The position numbers were made by a program, and so were the translations under genes. A stretch of 63,960 nt of DNA, the filler included, from an uncultured bacterium (GTDB lineage Bacteria > Latescibacterota > UBA2968): the NCBI GenBank assembly GCA_964471275.1. It is 10 parts of 10 records of this genome, joined end to end, with 100 filler letters (N's around TTAATTAATTAA, not from the genome) between each part and the next. Parts side by side here need not be neighbours in the genome. Positions count along the whole stretch, not along the records: positions 46,776 to 53,226 come from CAYYGZ010000252.1; positions 53,327 to 59,496 come from CAYYGZ010000256.1; positions 59,597 to 63,960 come from CAYYGZ010000308.1; 7 more parts are not named here. One strand, 5' to 3'. How positions within the stretch are numbered: position 1 is the stretch's first letter; each line of letters opens with the position of its first letter. The notes under the pieces were generated by a model. That model made no database searches, had not been told where the DNA came from, and saw nothing but the letters and a program-made list of their open reading frames with translations. This document shows positions 52,325 to 62,284 of the stretch, one piece after another.

Positions 52325-52840
52325 TCAGCTTTCGTCAACCTCAGGGAAACGTCCCGCAGCCGGGGCAGCAGCGATCTTGTAGACCATCACGCTACGCGTG
52401 AGGTCGATCACAACCTTCCCATCCTGGTTGATGCCTTTCGATCTCACCTGCACGATTCCGGCCTCCGGATAAGAACGCGACTCCCGCTTGGCCAGCACCT
52501 CTGTCTCACAATACAGTGTGTCGCCGATAAACACGGGATTGGGCAGCTTGACGTGCTCCCAACCCAGGTTCGCCATCGCATTCTGACTGACATCCGGCAC
52601 GCTCATCCCGACAACCAGCGCGAGCGTGAACGTACTGTTTACGAGGATCTGCTCCCACCTGGTATTTTTTGCAAGCTCAGCATCGAAGTGTAGCGGATTT
52701 GTGTTCATCGTCAAATGTGTAAACATCGCGTTGTCCGTTTCGGTCACCGTTCGACCACATGCGCTTCGGTAGACATTTCCCACTGCGAAGTCTTCATAGC
52801 AGCGCCCCTGCCAACCGGCTACGACCTTTTCCTCTGCCAC
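52325..52840 (-). CDS. MaoC-family dehydratase (RipB-like)
   Basis: GRCYEDF.VG, GRTVTETDN..F..LTMNTNPLHFD, ANLGW..V..PVFIGDTLY. GTG at 52840. Confidence 0.9.
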   Translation of the reverse strand: MAEEKVVAGWQGRCYEDFAVGNVYRSACGRTVTETDNAMFTHLTMNTNPLHFDAELAKNTRWEQILVNSTFTLALVVGMSVPDVSQNAMANLGWEHVKLPNPVFIGDTLYCETEVLAKRESRSYPEAGIVQVRSKGINQDGKVVIDLTRSVMVYKIAAAPAAGRFPEVDES

Positions 52841-53226
52841 TGTTTCGACCCCTTTCTGATACAACACGGCTACGCCTCTATCCACGCTCTGCCACACCAA
52901 GATAGACTCCTTTCGATCCGAATCGCAAGGTGCCTGCGTCACGCGCAAGCACCCCGTCGAACACCTCCACCGGTCGTCGTTGCTCAATCCGCCGCGGGTC
53001 GGCTTGCTCAGTGTCGCTGTTGCTCCACATCTACCGAATACTCAGCCGGAATATCGATCGTGATCTTGCTGGCATCGGCAGCTGGCCCGCGAAACGCTGT
53101 TACCCGAACGGACCTAGACACCCTCGGGTATCGGGGAGTTCGATCTCCACACGGATGAAGACAAAGCAGAGCGGTCAAACCGCGGACTCCTCAGCACACG
53201 GGAGCTCGTACAGGAGGGTAGGGCGA

Positions 53227-53326
53227 NNNNNNNNNNNNNNNNNNNNNNNNNNNNNNNNNNNNNNNNNNNNTTAATTAATTAANNNNNNNNNNNNNNNNNN
53301 NNNNNNNNNNNNNNNNNNNNNNNNNN
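53227..53326. other. Artificial contig linker
   Basis: N/TTAATTAATTAA/N. Confidence 0.99.
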
Positions 53327-53653
53327 TCTGCCGATTGCCGGCTTTTTCGTCTCGCTCGAGTGGGCTGCCGGAATCGGTGTCGTGGTCACGATGGTGAAGG
53401 GTGACACCGTCTGGAAGCCTGCATTGCTCGACAACGCTCCGGGATGGATACGCTCATATTTCGAACAGAATCAGAGGAATATCCTGTGTGCCTACGCATG
53501 TATCGGCCATTTTCTGGTTCCCACGGCCGCTTTCCTTGGAGTCGCTTCTCTATCGATACAGGCTACCTNNNNNNNNNNCCAGGTCTCATTCTTTATGAGG
53601 CGGTGACTGTGTATCTCTTCTATGCGACGATCCGTCACCGTCTTGAGCCGTAG
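53327..53653 (+). CDS. C-terminal part of a hypothetical membrane protein spanning a 10-N scaffold gap
   Basis: Hydrophobic segments on both sides of the gap at 53569-53578. Confidence 0.4.
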
Positions 53654-53698
53654 CGCGATGCGATTCATCGAACCCCGACTCCGCTCTAAGGGAACACT

Positions 53699-53930
53699 GT
53701 GACTAACAACACATCACCGTATGATCTGCCTGAGCAACCCGGTTTGATTGACCCGTTTATTCGGTGCGATGGGACGCGTCTCGAGTCTCCTGGCGACTGG
53801 CTCAAACATCGGGTCGACTTGATGGCGATGCCTTGTCACTATTTGTATGTTGATTTGCCTAAGAGGCCCGTGAAAATCGGTGTCAGGCTCGAGGCGGATT
53901 CAGAAGTCTTCGACGGCAAAGCTAGTGCAA
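53699..53930 (+). pseudogene. N-terminal remnant of a CE15 glucuronoyl esterase-like protein
   Basis: LIDPF...DG......DW...R..L.....HYLY..LP..P...EVFDGKA resembles CE15 N-termini. No catalytic domain. Confidence 0.5.
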
Positions 53931-53934
53931 CGTC

Positions 53935-54285
53935 TGATGACTCTGTCTGTGGAGCGGAATGGATACTGCTCGGACTTGAGAGTGGGGAAGATCGTTCCGG
54001 TTGCGTCGCACCCGCGAAATCAGCCATCTGATCCTCACGGATGACATATTCGCGCATTTCTGCAGCGGGGACCAGGTATGTCCCCGTTTTATCCGCGATG
54101 ATTTTGGCCGTTTCGATCGTGCGAGAGTAGGGCGAGCTGTAGACTGTGCCTTGGAAACCCATCTGGGCCAGAGATTTTCCGAGCAAGCTGGCCTACTTCC
54201 TGCCCAGTTCTGTCAGGTGCGGATCGCCCGGTGTGTGATCGCTCCGGACATCTGTCTGTCCGTGTCGTGTGATGTGCAGAATCAT
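53935..54285 (-). pseudogene. Histidine phosphatase (phosphoglycerate mutase family), amber-interrupted and truncated
   Basis: MILHITRHGQT, DPHLTELGRK*ASLL (TAG at 54195-54193), YSSPYSRTIETA. Confidence 0.8.
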
Positions 54286-54419
54286 CGTCGGTTGTCCTTG
54301 GGTTGGGCCTGCGCAAGGGAGGCAGATGAAGCAGGGAAAGTTAAGCCATGATCACCTCGGTCGGACAGATACACGGCTGATGAGAGAGATCGAAGAACCG
54401 AGAATGAAGAGGAGAACGA

Positions 54420-55301
54420 ATGGCAGGTTATGTTAGTCCGTATGGAGAAGTATCGGGTATGTGGGTCCGGGGGAGCTTCCACGGGCACTGTACGGAGAAC
54501 AGCAGGTGCTCATCGGTGCCGCTTGCCGACAGTGTGCGGATGTATCACGAAGTGGGCGCCGGTTTTGTAGCCCTGACAGACCACGACTGTATCACCGATC
54601 TGTCAGTAGTAGCTGAGGCATACCCGGATTTGGTCTTCATCAACGGGTTCGAATACAGTTCGCGGGAAAACGTCGTGTTCGCCGGGCCAGGAGTAGGTCC
54701 ATTTTACGAGCAGTCATTGGAGGACGCGCTCAGTCACGCCGGGGATCTTCTAACGATCGTCGCACATCCACAGCGGCAGGGGAAACTTGTAGAGTACTGG
54801 ACTTTGCCAATGCTCGAAGCATTGGGGACGTGGCCAGACGGGACGGAGGTCTACAACGGACATTACGGAATTCCGAGCGCGATTGAGAACGGTCGCTGGC
54901 CTCTATACGACTCCTTCTGGGATGAGTTACTTACGGCAGGACATCGGGTCTGGGGTTATGCCAACGATGACTTCCACGACCCAGAGGATTTCGGGAATGC
55001 CTTTAACATGGTTCTGGTCGACGAGGCGACTCCGGAGTCTATCATTCGGGCGGCGAAGGCAGGACGCTGCTACGCGACGACCGGCCTGAAACTCGCCCAC
55101 GTCTGTGTCGATGGATCCGAGATCGAGGTGAAGACAGAACGGGTATGCGATGGTCGCTTTGTCGGTCCCGGTGGCAGGATTCTGGCGGAAGGCAAGGGGC
55201 GGTCGTTCACCTACGTAGCTTCAGGTGAGTGTTATGTCCGGTTCGAGGGAGTCTGTGACGCCGGGCGGATCTTTCTCCAGCCGATGTTTCGGGAATCGTG
55301 A
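54420..55301 (+). CDS. PHP-domain (CehA/McbA-like) metallohydrolase
   Basis: RGSFHGHC, ALTDHD, GFEY, IVAHP, EVYN, WDELL..G, ANDDFH, AAKAGRCYAT. Confidence 0.85.
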   Translation: MAGYVSPYGEVSGMWVRGSFHGHCTENSRCSSVPLADSVRMYHEVGAGFVALTDHDCITDLSVVAEAYPDLVFINGFEYSSRENVVFAGPGVGPFYEQSLEDALSHAGDLLTIVAHPQRQGKLVEYWTLPMLEALGTWPDGTEVYNGHYGIPSAIENGRWPLYDSFWDELLTAGHRVWGYANDDFHDPEDFGNAFNMVLVDEATPESIIRAAKAGRCYATTGLKLAHVCVDGSEIEVKTERVCDGRFVGPGGRILAEGKGRSFTYVASGECYVRFEGVCDAGRIFLQPMFRES

Positions 55302-57256
55302 GAAACCTCTTGGATCAGTCATTCCAATCTCTGGTCAAAGCCGCTGGTGGCGAGCGTACGGGAGCCGTGAGCCCGGTCGTGGATCCCGCGATTACCGATC
55401 TAATCAGCGATGAGGCGATTGCCGAGCGGAAAGCGATTGTCCATCGCGCAGGTGCGGAGCTTACGTTCAATCCGAAAGGCCTGAACCCGAAGCAATCCTT
55501 CCGGTCGGTTCTCTGTCGATTGATGCAGGATGCGGGAGATCAGACCGCCCTGGATTACGTGCCCATCGGTCTCAGGTTCCGCGAGAAGGGAGACACGTTC
55601 GGAAAGAGCGCGCTGTCTCGGATCTGGTGTCAGTTCGGTCACTGTCTTCCTGAGGAGACGCGACAACAGTTGTTTGAGGAAGTGACGACCTACAATGGCT
55701 GGCTGACCGGCGGCACGGAGAACCATATTGCGATGCGTCGGACCGCAGGGCTTCTGTTCGGCGAATCATGGCCCGATGCGACGTTCCATCACGGATTGAC
55801 GGGACGCGAATTGGCGGAACAGTGTCTCGTCTATATGCGAGCGTATGGTCAGACACTGTTCCGCAATTCGATGGTCGAGTATCTGTCACCGATCTACCAC
55901 GCCGTCAACACGGCTCCGTGGCTCAACATCTACGAGTTCGCGAAGGACGAGCGTGCACGGCTGTATGCAAAGGCGATTCTGGATCGCATGCTTGCCGATC
56001 TTGCCGTTAACAGTCATCACGGCATCATCATACCGCCAGTTGCCCGGGCGAAGGGGCTGATGACGGACAGCTATCAGTTGTCCACGGTCAGGTCGAATAC
56101 CCAGTGGACGGCGTGGCTCTACTGGGGCGCCGGAAATATGGAGGCTTCCCGCGAAGCCATACGTGCCACGGACACATGGCACAAGAGTCCGCTCGCTCTA
56201 CACGCCGTCTCGGACTATATCCCTGATCCTGTTATCCGAAATCTGGGTGCCAAGCAGGTTCGCATGCCATACGCGATGTGGCAGTCGTCCGCGAATCAAG
56301 AAACGATGGGGCCCGCCTATGCCAATCCCTTCGGGCTGCCCGATCCGCCAGTCCGGGTGGGCGTGAACGCGCGAGCATGTGTTCGCAGCACGTATGTCAG
56401 TAAGGGTTACGCGATCGGCGCGGGTGCCCGATCGGCCGATATCGATGATCCCACGGTTCGACACTCGCACACGTTCGGCATCATCTGGAAGGATACTGCC
56501 CCACGGAATTGGCTGTTCTTCGTGCACCCTTACTGGTATGTGAACCGCCTCGATGATGTGACAGGTGAACCACTGGGGATCGATGACTGGTCCGGTACGA
56601 GTCCGTTTCTCCAGATGGTTCATTGGGAAAATGCCGCCGTGCTTCTTCTGGAGCTCCCTGGGCAAGATCCTTATCGGGGCCAAGCAGTGGGGTCGAATGA
56701 GAAGTGGATCAGTGATCGTCCGGAGAAGCTATTCCAACGCCTGAATGCTTATGTGCCTGAGACGATCGACGAAGCGAAGCAAACTGACGCGGGTGTCTTC
56801 CTGAGATCGGGAAGTGTCTTTGTCGGTATGCGGCCGATCGGAGGTGAGCTGGCGTGGGAGTCCTGTGGGCGGAAGGGCTATCGGCGATTGCGGATCGAAG
56901 GTGAGCTGATCGGTGTTTCCGTCGAGGTAGGGGATCAGGCGGAGTATGAGTCGTTTTCCCGCTTTGTTGAACAGGTTTCCAACGCTCAGCTTGATTTGGG
57001 AGACCTTTCGACCGAGAAGCGAGTGCGATATCATTCTACACGCGGTCACTGTCTGGATATACAGCACAACTCGGACGACTGGCGTCCGATCGCCAGCATC
57101 AACGGTATCGCTCTCGATTTTGACAGCTGGCCGACGTGCGAGAGCGCGTATCTGACCTGTCGTGACGGAATCATGGACGTGAATGACGGTCGAACCGGCC
57201 GCAGGATTGACTGGCAGAATGACGATCCCGTATACGCCTCGTATACCTTGCCCTGA
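55298..57256 (+). CDS. Uncharacterised protein with heparinase II/III-like motifs, distant relative of the 6.8-12.9 kb triplet
   Basis: 652 aa. GGTENH and EYLSPIYH in a helical N-terminal half, beta-rich C-terminal half. GTGA overlap with the PHP gene. Confidence 0.8.
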   Translation: MRNLLDQSFQSLVKAAGGERTGAVSPVVDPAITDLISDEAIAERKAIVHRAGAELTFNPKGLNPKQSFRSVLCRLMQDAGDQTALDYVPIGLRFREKGDTFGKSALSRIWCQFGHCLPEETRQQLFEEVTTYNGWLTGGTENHIAMRRTAGLLFGESWPDATFHHGLTGRELAEQCLVYMRAYGQTLFRNSMVEYLSPIYHAVNTAPWLNIYEFAKDERARLYAKAILDRMLADLAVNSHHGIIIPPVARAKGLMTDSYQLSTVRSNTQWTAWLYWGAGNMEASREAIRATDTWHKSPLALHAVSDYIPDPVIRNLGAKQVRMPYAMWQSSANQETMGPAYANPFGLPDPPVRVGVNARACVRSTYVSKGYAIGAGARSADIDDPTVRHSHTFGIIWKDTAPRNWLFFVHPYWYVNRLDDVTGEPLGIDDWSGTSPFLQMVHWENAAVLLLELPGQDPYRGQAVGSNEKWISDRPEKLFQRLNAYVPETIDEAKQTDAGVFLRSGSVFVGMRPIGGELAWESCGRKGYRRLRIEGELIGVSVEVGDQAEYESFSRFVEQVSNAQLDLGDLSTEKRVRYHSTRGHCLDIQHNSDDWRPIASINGIALDFDSWPTCESAYLTCRDGIMDVNDGRTGRRIDWQNDDPVYASYTLP

Positions 57257-57273
57257 TCGGGGAAGTCCCATCC

Positions 57274-59241
57274 ATGGCTGAGCCAGCGACACACCAGACA
57301 ACGTCTGCGTCGGCTGTTGAGATTCAGGCCGTCACGGCAAGAAGTATGATCGCGTCTTTCGTGATCATTCTTGTCAGCGTGGTGTGGGACGAGTGGATGT
57401 CCTACTACGTATCCGGCTCCAACATCAGCAGGAGCCATTTTCCGCTCGCATTTCTGCTTCCATATCTCCTTCTCTGCTGTCTGAACATATTCGTAACTCG
57501 CCTGGCTCCCGACCGCGGCCTGACCAAACCTGAACTGCTCGTTGTGCTCGCCTGCGGACTTACGGCCGTCTCGGTCCCCTATGATGGCCTGACCGGTCAG
57601 CTGATCGGTATCATTTCCAGCATCTACTATTTCGCCACACCGGAAAATCGATGGAGTGTCTACGTCCACGATTACGTTCCGAAGTGGCTTGTGCCTGGAA
57701 ATGCACAAGATGAAATGGGATGGTTCTTCGAGGGCGTACCGAGCGGCGAAGTTCCGACTCTGGGGGCCTGGGTGACGCCGCTCTTCTGGTGGACGAGCCT
57801 GATCGCGGCGCTCGCTCTTGCCGTCTTCTGTGTCGTCGTGGTGATGCGCAAACAGTGGTCCGACCACGAGCGTCTGGCGTATCCGCTCGTTGAGGCAGGA
57901 TCGATGTTTGCCGAGACAGAAACGGGAGGTCGACTTCAGGAGCAGCTGCGATCACCGCTCTTCTGGACCGCCTTCGGCATTGTCATGTTCCTCAAGCTCT
58001 GGAACGTTGCGACATACTTCACACCCGCCCTCCCGTTTATCTCGATCGAGGGGGGACAGTTCCGGGCATTCCCCGATTTTCCCATGCTGATCACGCGGAT
58101 CAGTTTCTATGGAATTGGCTTCGGGTATTTCGCCCGGCTGGATGTTCTGTTCAGTGTCTGGTTCTTCATTCTCCTCACGGCATTCGAAGTGTTCGGGTTC
58201 AACAAGTTTGGCTACAGCCTGGGAGCATCACCGACGCAGTGGGGGAGTGAGGCGATCGGCTACCAGAGTCTCGGAGCTCTTCTCTTCCTGGCCGCCTGGA
58301 GCCTTTGGATGGCACGAAGGCACCTTATGGACGTCTGGACCAAAGCCATCGGCCGAAACGCAGCAGTCGATGACAGTGAGGAACTCCTGTCGTATCGCAC
58401 GGCCGTGTTCGGTTTCCTGGGGTCCCTCACGTTCTGCGTCGCCTGGCTCATCGCCGCCGGCATGGACCCGTGGGTTGTCGCAATCTATCTGCCGCTCGCT
58501 TTTCTGACCTTTCTGGGACTCTCACGCGTTGTCTCTGAACTCGGGCTGGTGTATGTCTATTACCGCGTACAGCCGAGCGATTTCGTCTTCCGAGTCTTTG
58601 GGGGCAAGATGCTGGGCCAGGCAAGCGTGGTAATGCTCTTCCTCACCCGAGCATTCCAGGGCATCGGAAAAGGCTTTGTGATGCCTGCGCTCACTCAAGC
58701 GGTGAAGGTTGCGGACGGTGTCGTCAGACCCCGTCGTATCGCACTCGTGATTCTCCTGTCACTCGGTCTTGGTTACGCGATCTCAATCGCGGACACTTTG
58801 AATCTCGGGTATGACCAGGGCGCATACAACCTGGGGAACATGGGGCTGCGTAAGGTCGGGCCAAGGACATTCAATCAGGCAGTGTCCGCATTCCTGAACC
58901 CGAAACCGTTCGGCGGGAACGGCAGAGCGATGTGGTCGGTTATCGGGGCCGCTGCCATGGCCGCGCTGACGCTGATTCGGTATCGCATACCTGCGTGGCC
59001 TGTCCATCCGATCGGGATGGCACTTCAGGGCAGCTACGGGCTGACGAAGACGTGGATGTCGATCTTCTGTGCCTGGCTGATCAAGGGAACCCTGATGCGG
59101 ATCGGCGGGGCAGGGCTGTATGAGCGAGGGAAGCCGTTTTTCCTTGGGCTGATCACGGCACAGACGGTGAGTACGGCGATCGTGTTTATCGTGGACTGGT
59201 TTTGGTTCCCAGGACACGGTCACAATGTGCATAATTATTGA
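57274..59241 (+). CDS. DUF6785/DUF6784-type polytopic membrane protein (putative transporter)
   Basis: Many TM helices with YFATPEN.W, W..PL..W, RKQW..HERLAYPL, WPVHPIG, AWLIK...RIGG..LY. Confidence 0.82.
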   Translation: MAEPATHQTTSASAVEIQAVTARSMIASFVIILVSVVWDEWMSYYVSGSNISRSHFPLAFLLPYLLLCCLNIFVTRLAPDRGLTKPELLVVLACGLTAVSVPYDGLTGQLIGIISSIYYFATPENRWSVYVHDYVPKWLVPGNAQDEMGWFFEGVPSGEVPTLGAWVTPLFWWTSLIAALALAVFCVVVVMRKQWSDHERLAYPLVEAGSMFAETETGGRLQEQLRSPLFWTAFGIVMFLKLWNVATYFTPALPFISIEGGQFRAFPDFPMLITRISFYGIGFGYFARLDVLFSVWFFILLTAFEVFGFNKFGYSLGASPTQWGSEAIGYQSLGALLFLAAWSLWMARRHLMDVWTKAIGRNAAVDDSEELLSYRTAVFGFLGSLTFCVAWLIAAGMDPWVVAIYLPLAFLTFLGLSRVVSELGLVYVYYRVQPSDFVFRVFGGKMLGQASVVMLFLTRAFQGIGKGFVMPALTQAVKVADGVVRPRRIALVILLSLGLGYAISIADTLNLGYDQGAYNLGNMGLRKVGPRTFNQAVSAFLNPKPFGGNGRAMWSVIGAAAMAALTLIRYRIPAWPVHPIGMALQGSYGLTKTWMSIFCAWLIKGTLMRIGGAGLYERGKPFFLGLITAQTVSTAIVFIVDWFWFPGHGHNVHNY

Positions 59242-59342
59242 GGGGCAGGGGGGGTGTCGGGGATGGGGGGTCAGAGAGGTGTGGGACGTCAATACTGCAG
59301 TGGGCCTAGTCGCAGGAATTGAATCGAACTGGAGAGTCATCG

Positions 59343-59496
59343 ATGAGATTGCACGTGATTGGTGAGGGGTACCCGGATCCGCGGAGTGAGCGATTCGGCA
59401 GTGCCTTTCTGTTTGATGAGGGTGAAGAGCGGCTGCTCATCGACTTCTGGCCGGTACCTTTAGCCCCTCCTGACGCCAAATCCGCTCCACACGCTT
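59343..59496 (+). pseudogene. MBL-fold (RNase Z-like) hydrolase N-terminal fragment
   Basis: MRLHVIGEGYPDP..ERFGSA...LLIDF resembles degenerate LLGTG.P....RFGSA...LLFDCG. Ends at the contig edge. Confidence 0.5.
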
Positions 59497-59596
59497 NNNN
59501 NNNNNNNNNNNNNNNNNNNNNNNNNNNNNNNNNNNNNNNNTTAATTAATTAANNNNNNNNNNNNNNNNNNNNNNNNNNNNNNNNNNNNNNNNNNNN
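59497..59596. other. Artificial contig linker
   Basis: N/TTAATTAATTAA/N. Confidence 0.99.
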
Positions 59597-59625
59597 TGTT
59601 CATACTTGTCAGTTCTGGAGCACGC

Positions 59626-59993
59626 ATGGCCGGTGGGAAACGGATTCTCGTGATCGACGACGAGCGGGATTTCTGCAGAATGATGGTTGAGATGCGTACC
59701 GGAGAAGGCTATCTGGTCGATTCCGCCGCGCATCCGATTCTGGCAGCCGAACGCGACTTCTCCGGGGCCTACGCCTGATCACGCTCGACCTCAACCTGGA
59801 AGAATTCGACGGGCAGGACGTATGGGATCTGTATAAGGATCAGGATGTCAACACCCCTGTGATCGTTATATCGGGCTATCTGAACCAGGACACGATGAAC
59901 GCTCTCGAGGACTCCGGCATTCGGTTTACCCTCGAGAAGCCGTTCCGGAAAGCTCGGCTGTTGGGAGTGGTCGAGACTGCACACGCAAATTGA
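59626..59993 (+). pseudogene. Single-domain response regulator (CheY-like) with a frameshift
   Basis: KRILVIDDE in one frame; LITLDL...DG...PVIVISGY...LEKPF in another. Shift near 59773. Confidence 0.8.
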
Positions 59994-60017
59994 ACCATAT
60001 GGTCAGCCTAATGAGAT

Positions 60018-60051
60018 GGGCGCTCCCGGAAACGGGGCGCTCTCTTTGTTT
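60018..60051 (+). terminator. Probable rho-independent terminator
   Basis: GGGCGCTCC...GGGGCGCTC followed by TCTTTGTTT. Confidence 0.6.
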
Positions 60052-60188
60052 ATACCCACAGCAGATTGGTGGACCCCCTTGTGGCGCTTGAGTGGGAGTA
60101 CCTTACCCCCTCTTGGCAGACGGATGCCTTCCTGGGAACAAGACAGAAGGGATGAACAGAAATCTCGCAAGATTTCGAACAGGAGGGT

Positions 60189-61136
60189 TCAGTCCTCCTC
60201 CGCCTGTTGGGCCAGCGTGGTCAGGACCTGCGCGATTCGTTCCCGCAGCGATTCGGCCGAATCAGGCGTCCACTCGTAGAACCCTTTGCCCGTCTTTGTG
60301 CCCAGTTCGCCCCGTTCGACCCGTTCTCTCAGGAGTGGGGACACGGTCGGAGAGCTTTCAAGTTCCGGCTGGAGATTCTCGGCGATTGTGAGGATGAGAT
60401 CCCATCCGGCGAGTTCCCAGACCTCGAAGACACCGGCAGCAGCCAGGCGCCTGCCAAAACCGCTCTTGATCACCATGTCCACATCCTGTGGGCTCGCAAC
60501 TCCTTTCGCTACGAGAGAGATAGCTTCCCTGAAAAGCGCGGCCTGCAGACGGTTCCCGACGAATCCCGGCACCTCTTTCTGAATGATCACAGGGCTTTTA
60601 CCAACACGGGTCAGAAGATCATATACCGTGTTGACCGTTTCGTCGGAAGTCTTGTCGCCTCTCACGACCTCGACAAGCGGGAGCAGGTGCGGGGGATTGA
60701 AATAGTGGGTCACCAATACTTTGTCAGGCCTTCGGGTTGCGGACGCAAGCTTACTTGGCAACAGCGATGAGGTGTTGCTTGCCAGTATCGTCCGCTCCGG
60801 ACACAGCTCATCCAATGATCGGAAGACGTCCTGCTTGAGCGTTAGGTTCTCGGAGATCGCCTCGATGACAAAGTCCGAGCTATCGACGATGTCCTCCAGG
60901 TTCGCGCTGAATTGAATCCTGTCAGGCGCAGATCGCGCCTGATCCTGTGTCACCAACCCGATTTCTGCGAGCATCCTGAGGTTCGCGCCGATATCCTTCG
61001 CCGCTCCCTGTAGGATCTCATCACTCAGATCGTGGATTCGGACCTCGAGTCCCGCGATCGCAAACTCCTGAGCGATGCCGTGCCCCATGAGCCCAGCCCC
61101 CACCACGCTTACTCTCTTGATTTCGTTGGCTTTCAC
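60189..61136 (-). CDS. 3-hydroxyacyl-CoA dehydrogenase family
   Basis: VVGAGLMGHGIA, IEAISENL..K, ASNTSS, HYFNPP, PGFVGNRLQ, G.KTGKGFY. Confidence 0.94.
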   Translation of the reverse strand: MKANEIKRVSVVGAGLMGHGIAQEFAIAGLEVRIHDLSDEILQGAAKDIGANLRMLAEIGLVTQDQARSAPDRIQFSANLEDIVDSSDFVIEAISENLTLKQDVFRSLDELCPERTILASNTSSLLPSKLASATRRPDKVLVTHYFNPPHLLPLVEVVRGDKTSDETVNTVYDLLTRVGKSPVIIQKEVPGFVGNRLQAALFREAISLVAKGVASPQDVDMVIKSGFGRRLAAAGVFEVWELAGWDLILTIAENLQPELESSPTVSPLLRERVERGELGTKTGKGFYEWTPDSAESLRERIAQVLTTLAQQAEED

Positions 61137-61390
61137 TTCATCTCCTTCTGGGAACCATATGCCGGGTCGATTCCAGCAAGCGGCCTAGAAGTCCGTTTAT
61201 GCATGCGTAAGTGTGGTGGGCTCCAGGACTGACCGCAAACCAACACCGGAATTGCGATCGGCAAGTATCGTCAGAATTCTGGGTTCTGAACCAGGTTTTG
61301 GCTTGAGTCGCCAGGCTTTGGAAACGATGTTTGTGGCGTTGGTCCGGTTGGTCGCAGTATCACTTCAGTTCTCAAGAGGACAGGTGTCAG

Positions 61391-62212
61391 ATGGCGGGTA
61401 GCACGACAATCAAATTGATGACCTACAACCTGAAGTTTTCGAGTCCTACATTCGAGCCGCCGTGGGAAGTGCGGCGCGAAATGCAGGTCAACATGATTCA
61501 GAAACATAAACCGGACATCATAGGTACACAGGAAGGCCTGAAGGAGCAAATCGACTATCTGATGGATCATTTACCTGACTATGTGGTCATCGGGGAAGGT
61601 CGAAAGGGAGGGGATGATGATGAGCACTTGGCCATCTTCTTCCGGCATTCTCGGTTTCGCCTCAGGGAAATGGGAAGTTTTCAGCTTTCAGAAACACCGG
61701 AAGTGTTGGGCAGTGGTCCCGAGAATAACCCCCGCATGGCCACGTGGGCGCGCCTGGCAGTTGTCAATAGATCGCGGGAGGGAGAGGCCGGGACCTACCC
61801 GGTGAACTACAGAGGACACTGGGAGAATACGCAGGAGCTTTATGTCTTCAATACGCATCTGTTCGATCGAAAGGATCAGCAGCTAGCGAAACTGAACGGT
61901 GCCAGACTGATCCTGGAGAGGATCAATGCGCTTGACCGATTTGGTGAGTGGACCCAGCTGCGTCCCGTGTTTCTATTGGGTGACTTCAACTCGCGACCGG
62001 GAGGCGAGGTATACAGGGTACTCGTTGATGATGAAGATTCAGATGATTCGCGAATGCTGAAGGACAGCATGGAAGGCGTCAGCGGGATCGATTGGGTTCT
62101 GTTCAGGGGCGATGTGAAAGTTCTCTCCGGCGAGATCGTGGATGACAATGTTGACGGTGTCTACGCATCCGATCACAAACCGATACACGTCGAGTTCCGG
62201 ATCAATGATTGA
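61391..62212 (+). CDS. Endonuclease/exonuclease/phosphatase family protein
   Basis: MTYNL, PDIIGTQE, FNTHL, LGDFN, IDW, SDH. Confidence 0.9.
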   Translation: MAGSTTIKLMTYNLKFSSPTFEPPWEVRREMQVNMIQKHKPDIIGTQEGLKEQIDYLMDHLPDYVVIGEGRKGGDDDEHLAIFFRHSRFRLREMGSFQLSETPEVLGSGPENNPRMATWARLAVVNRSREGEAGTYPVNYRGHWENTQELYVFNTHLFDRKDQQLAKLNGARLILERINALDRFGEWTQLRPVFLLGDFNSRPGGEVYRVLVDDEDSDDSRMLKDSMEGVSGIDWVLFRGDVKVLSGEIVDDNVDGVYASDHKPIHVEFRIND

Positions 62213-62284
62213 TCCCACCACCGGTCGAGGCTACAGGTTGCCGGATTTGAGGAAAATGGCGTTGTCCCCGGGAGTGTCTCCCTT

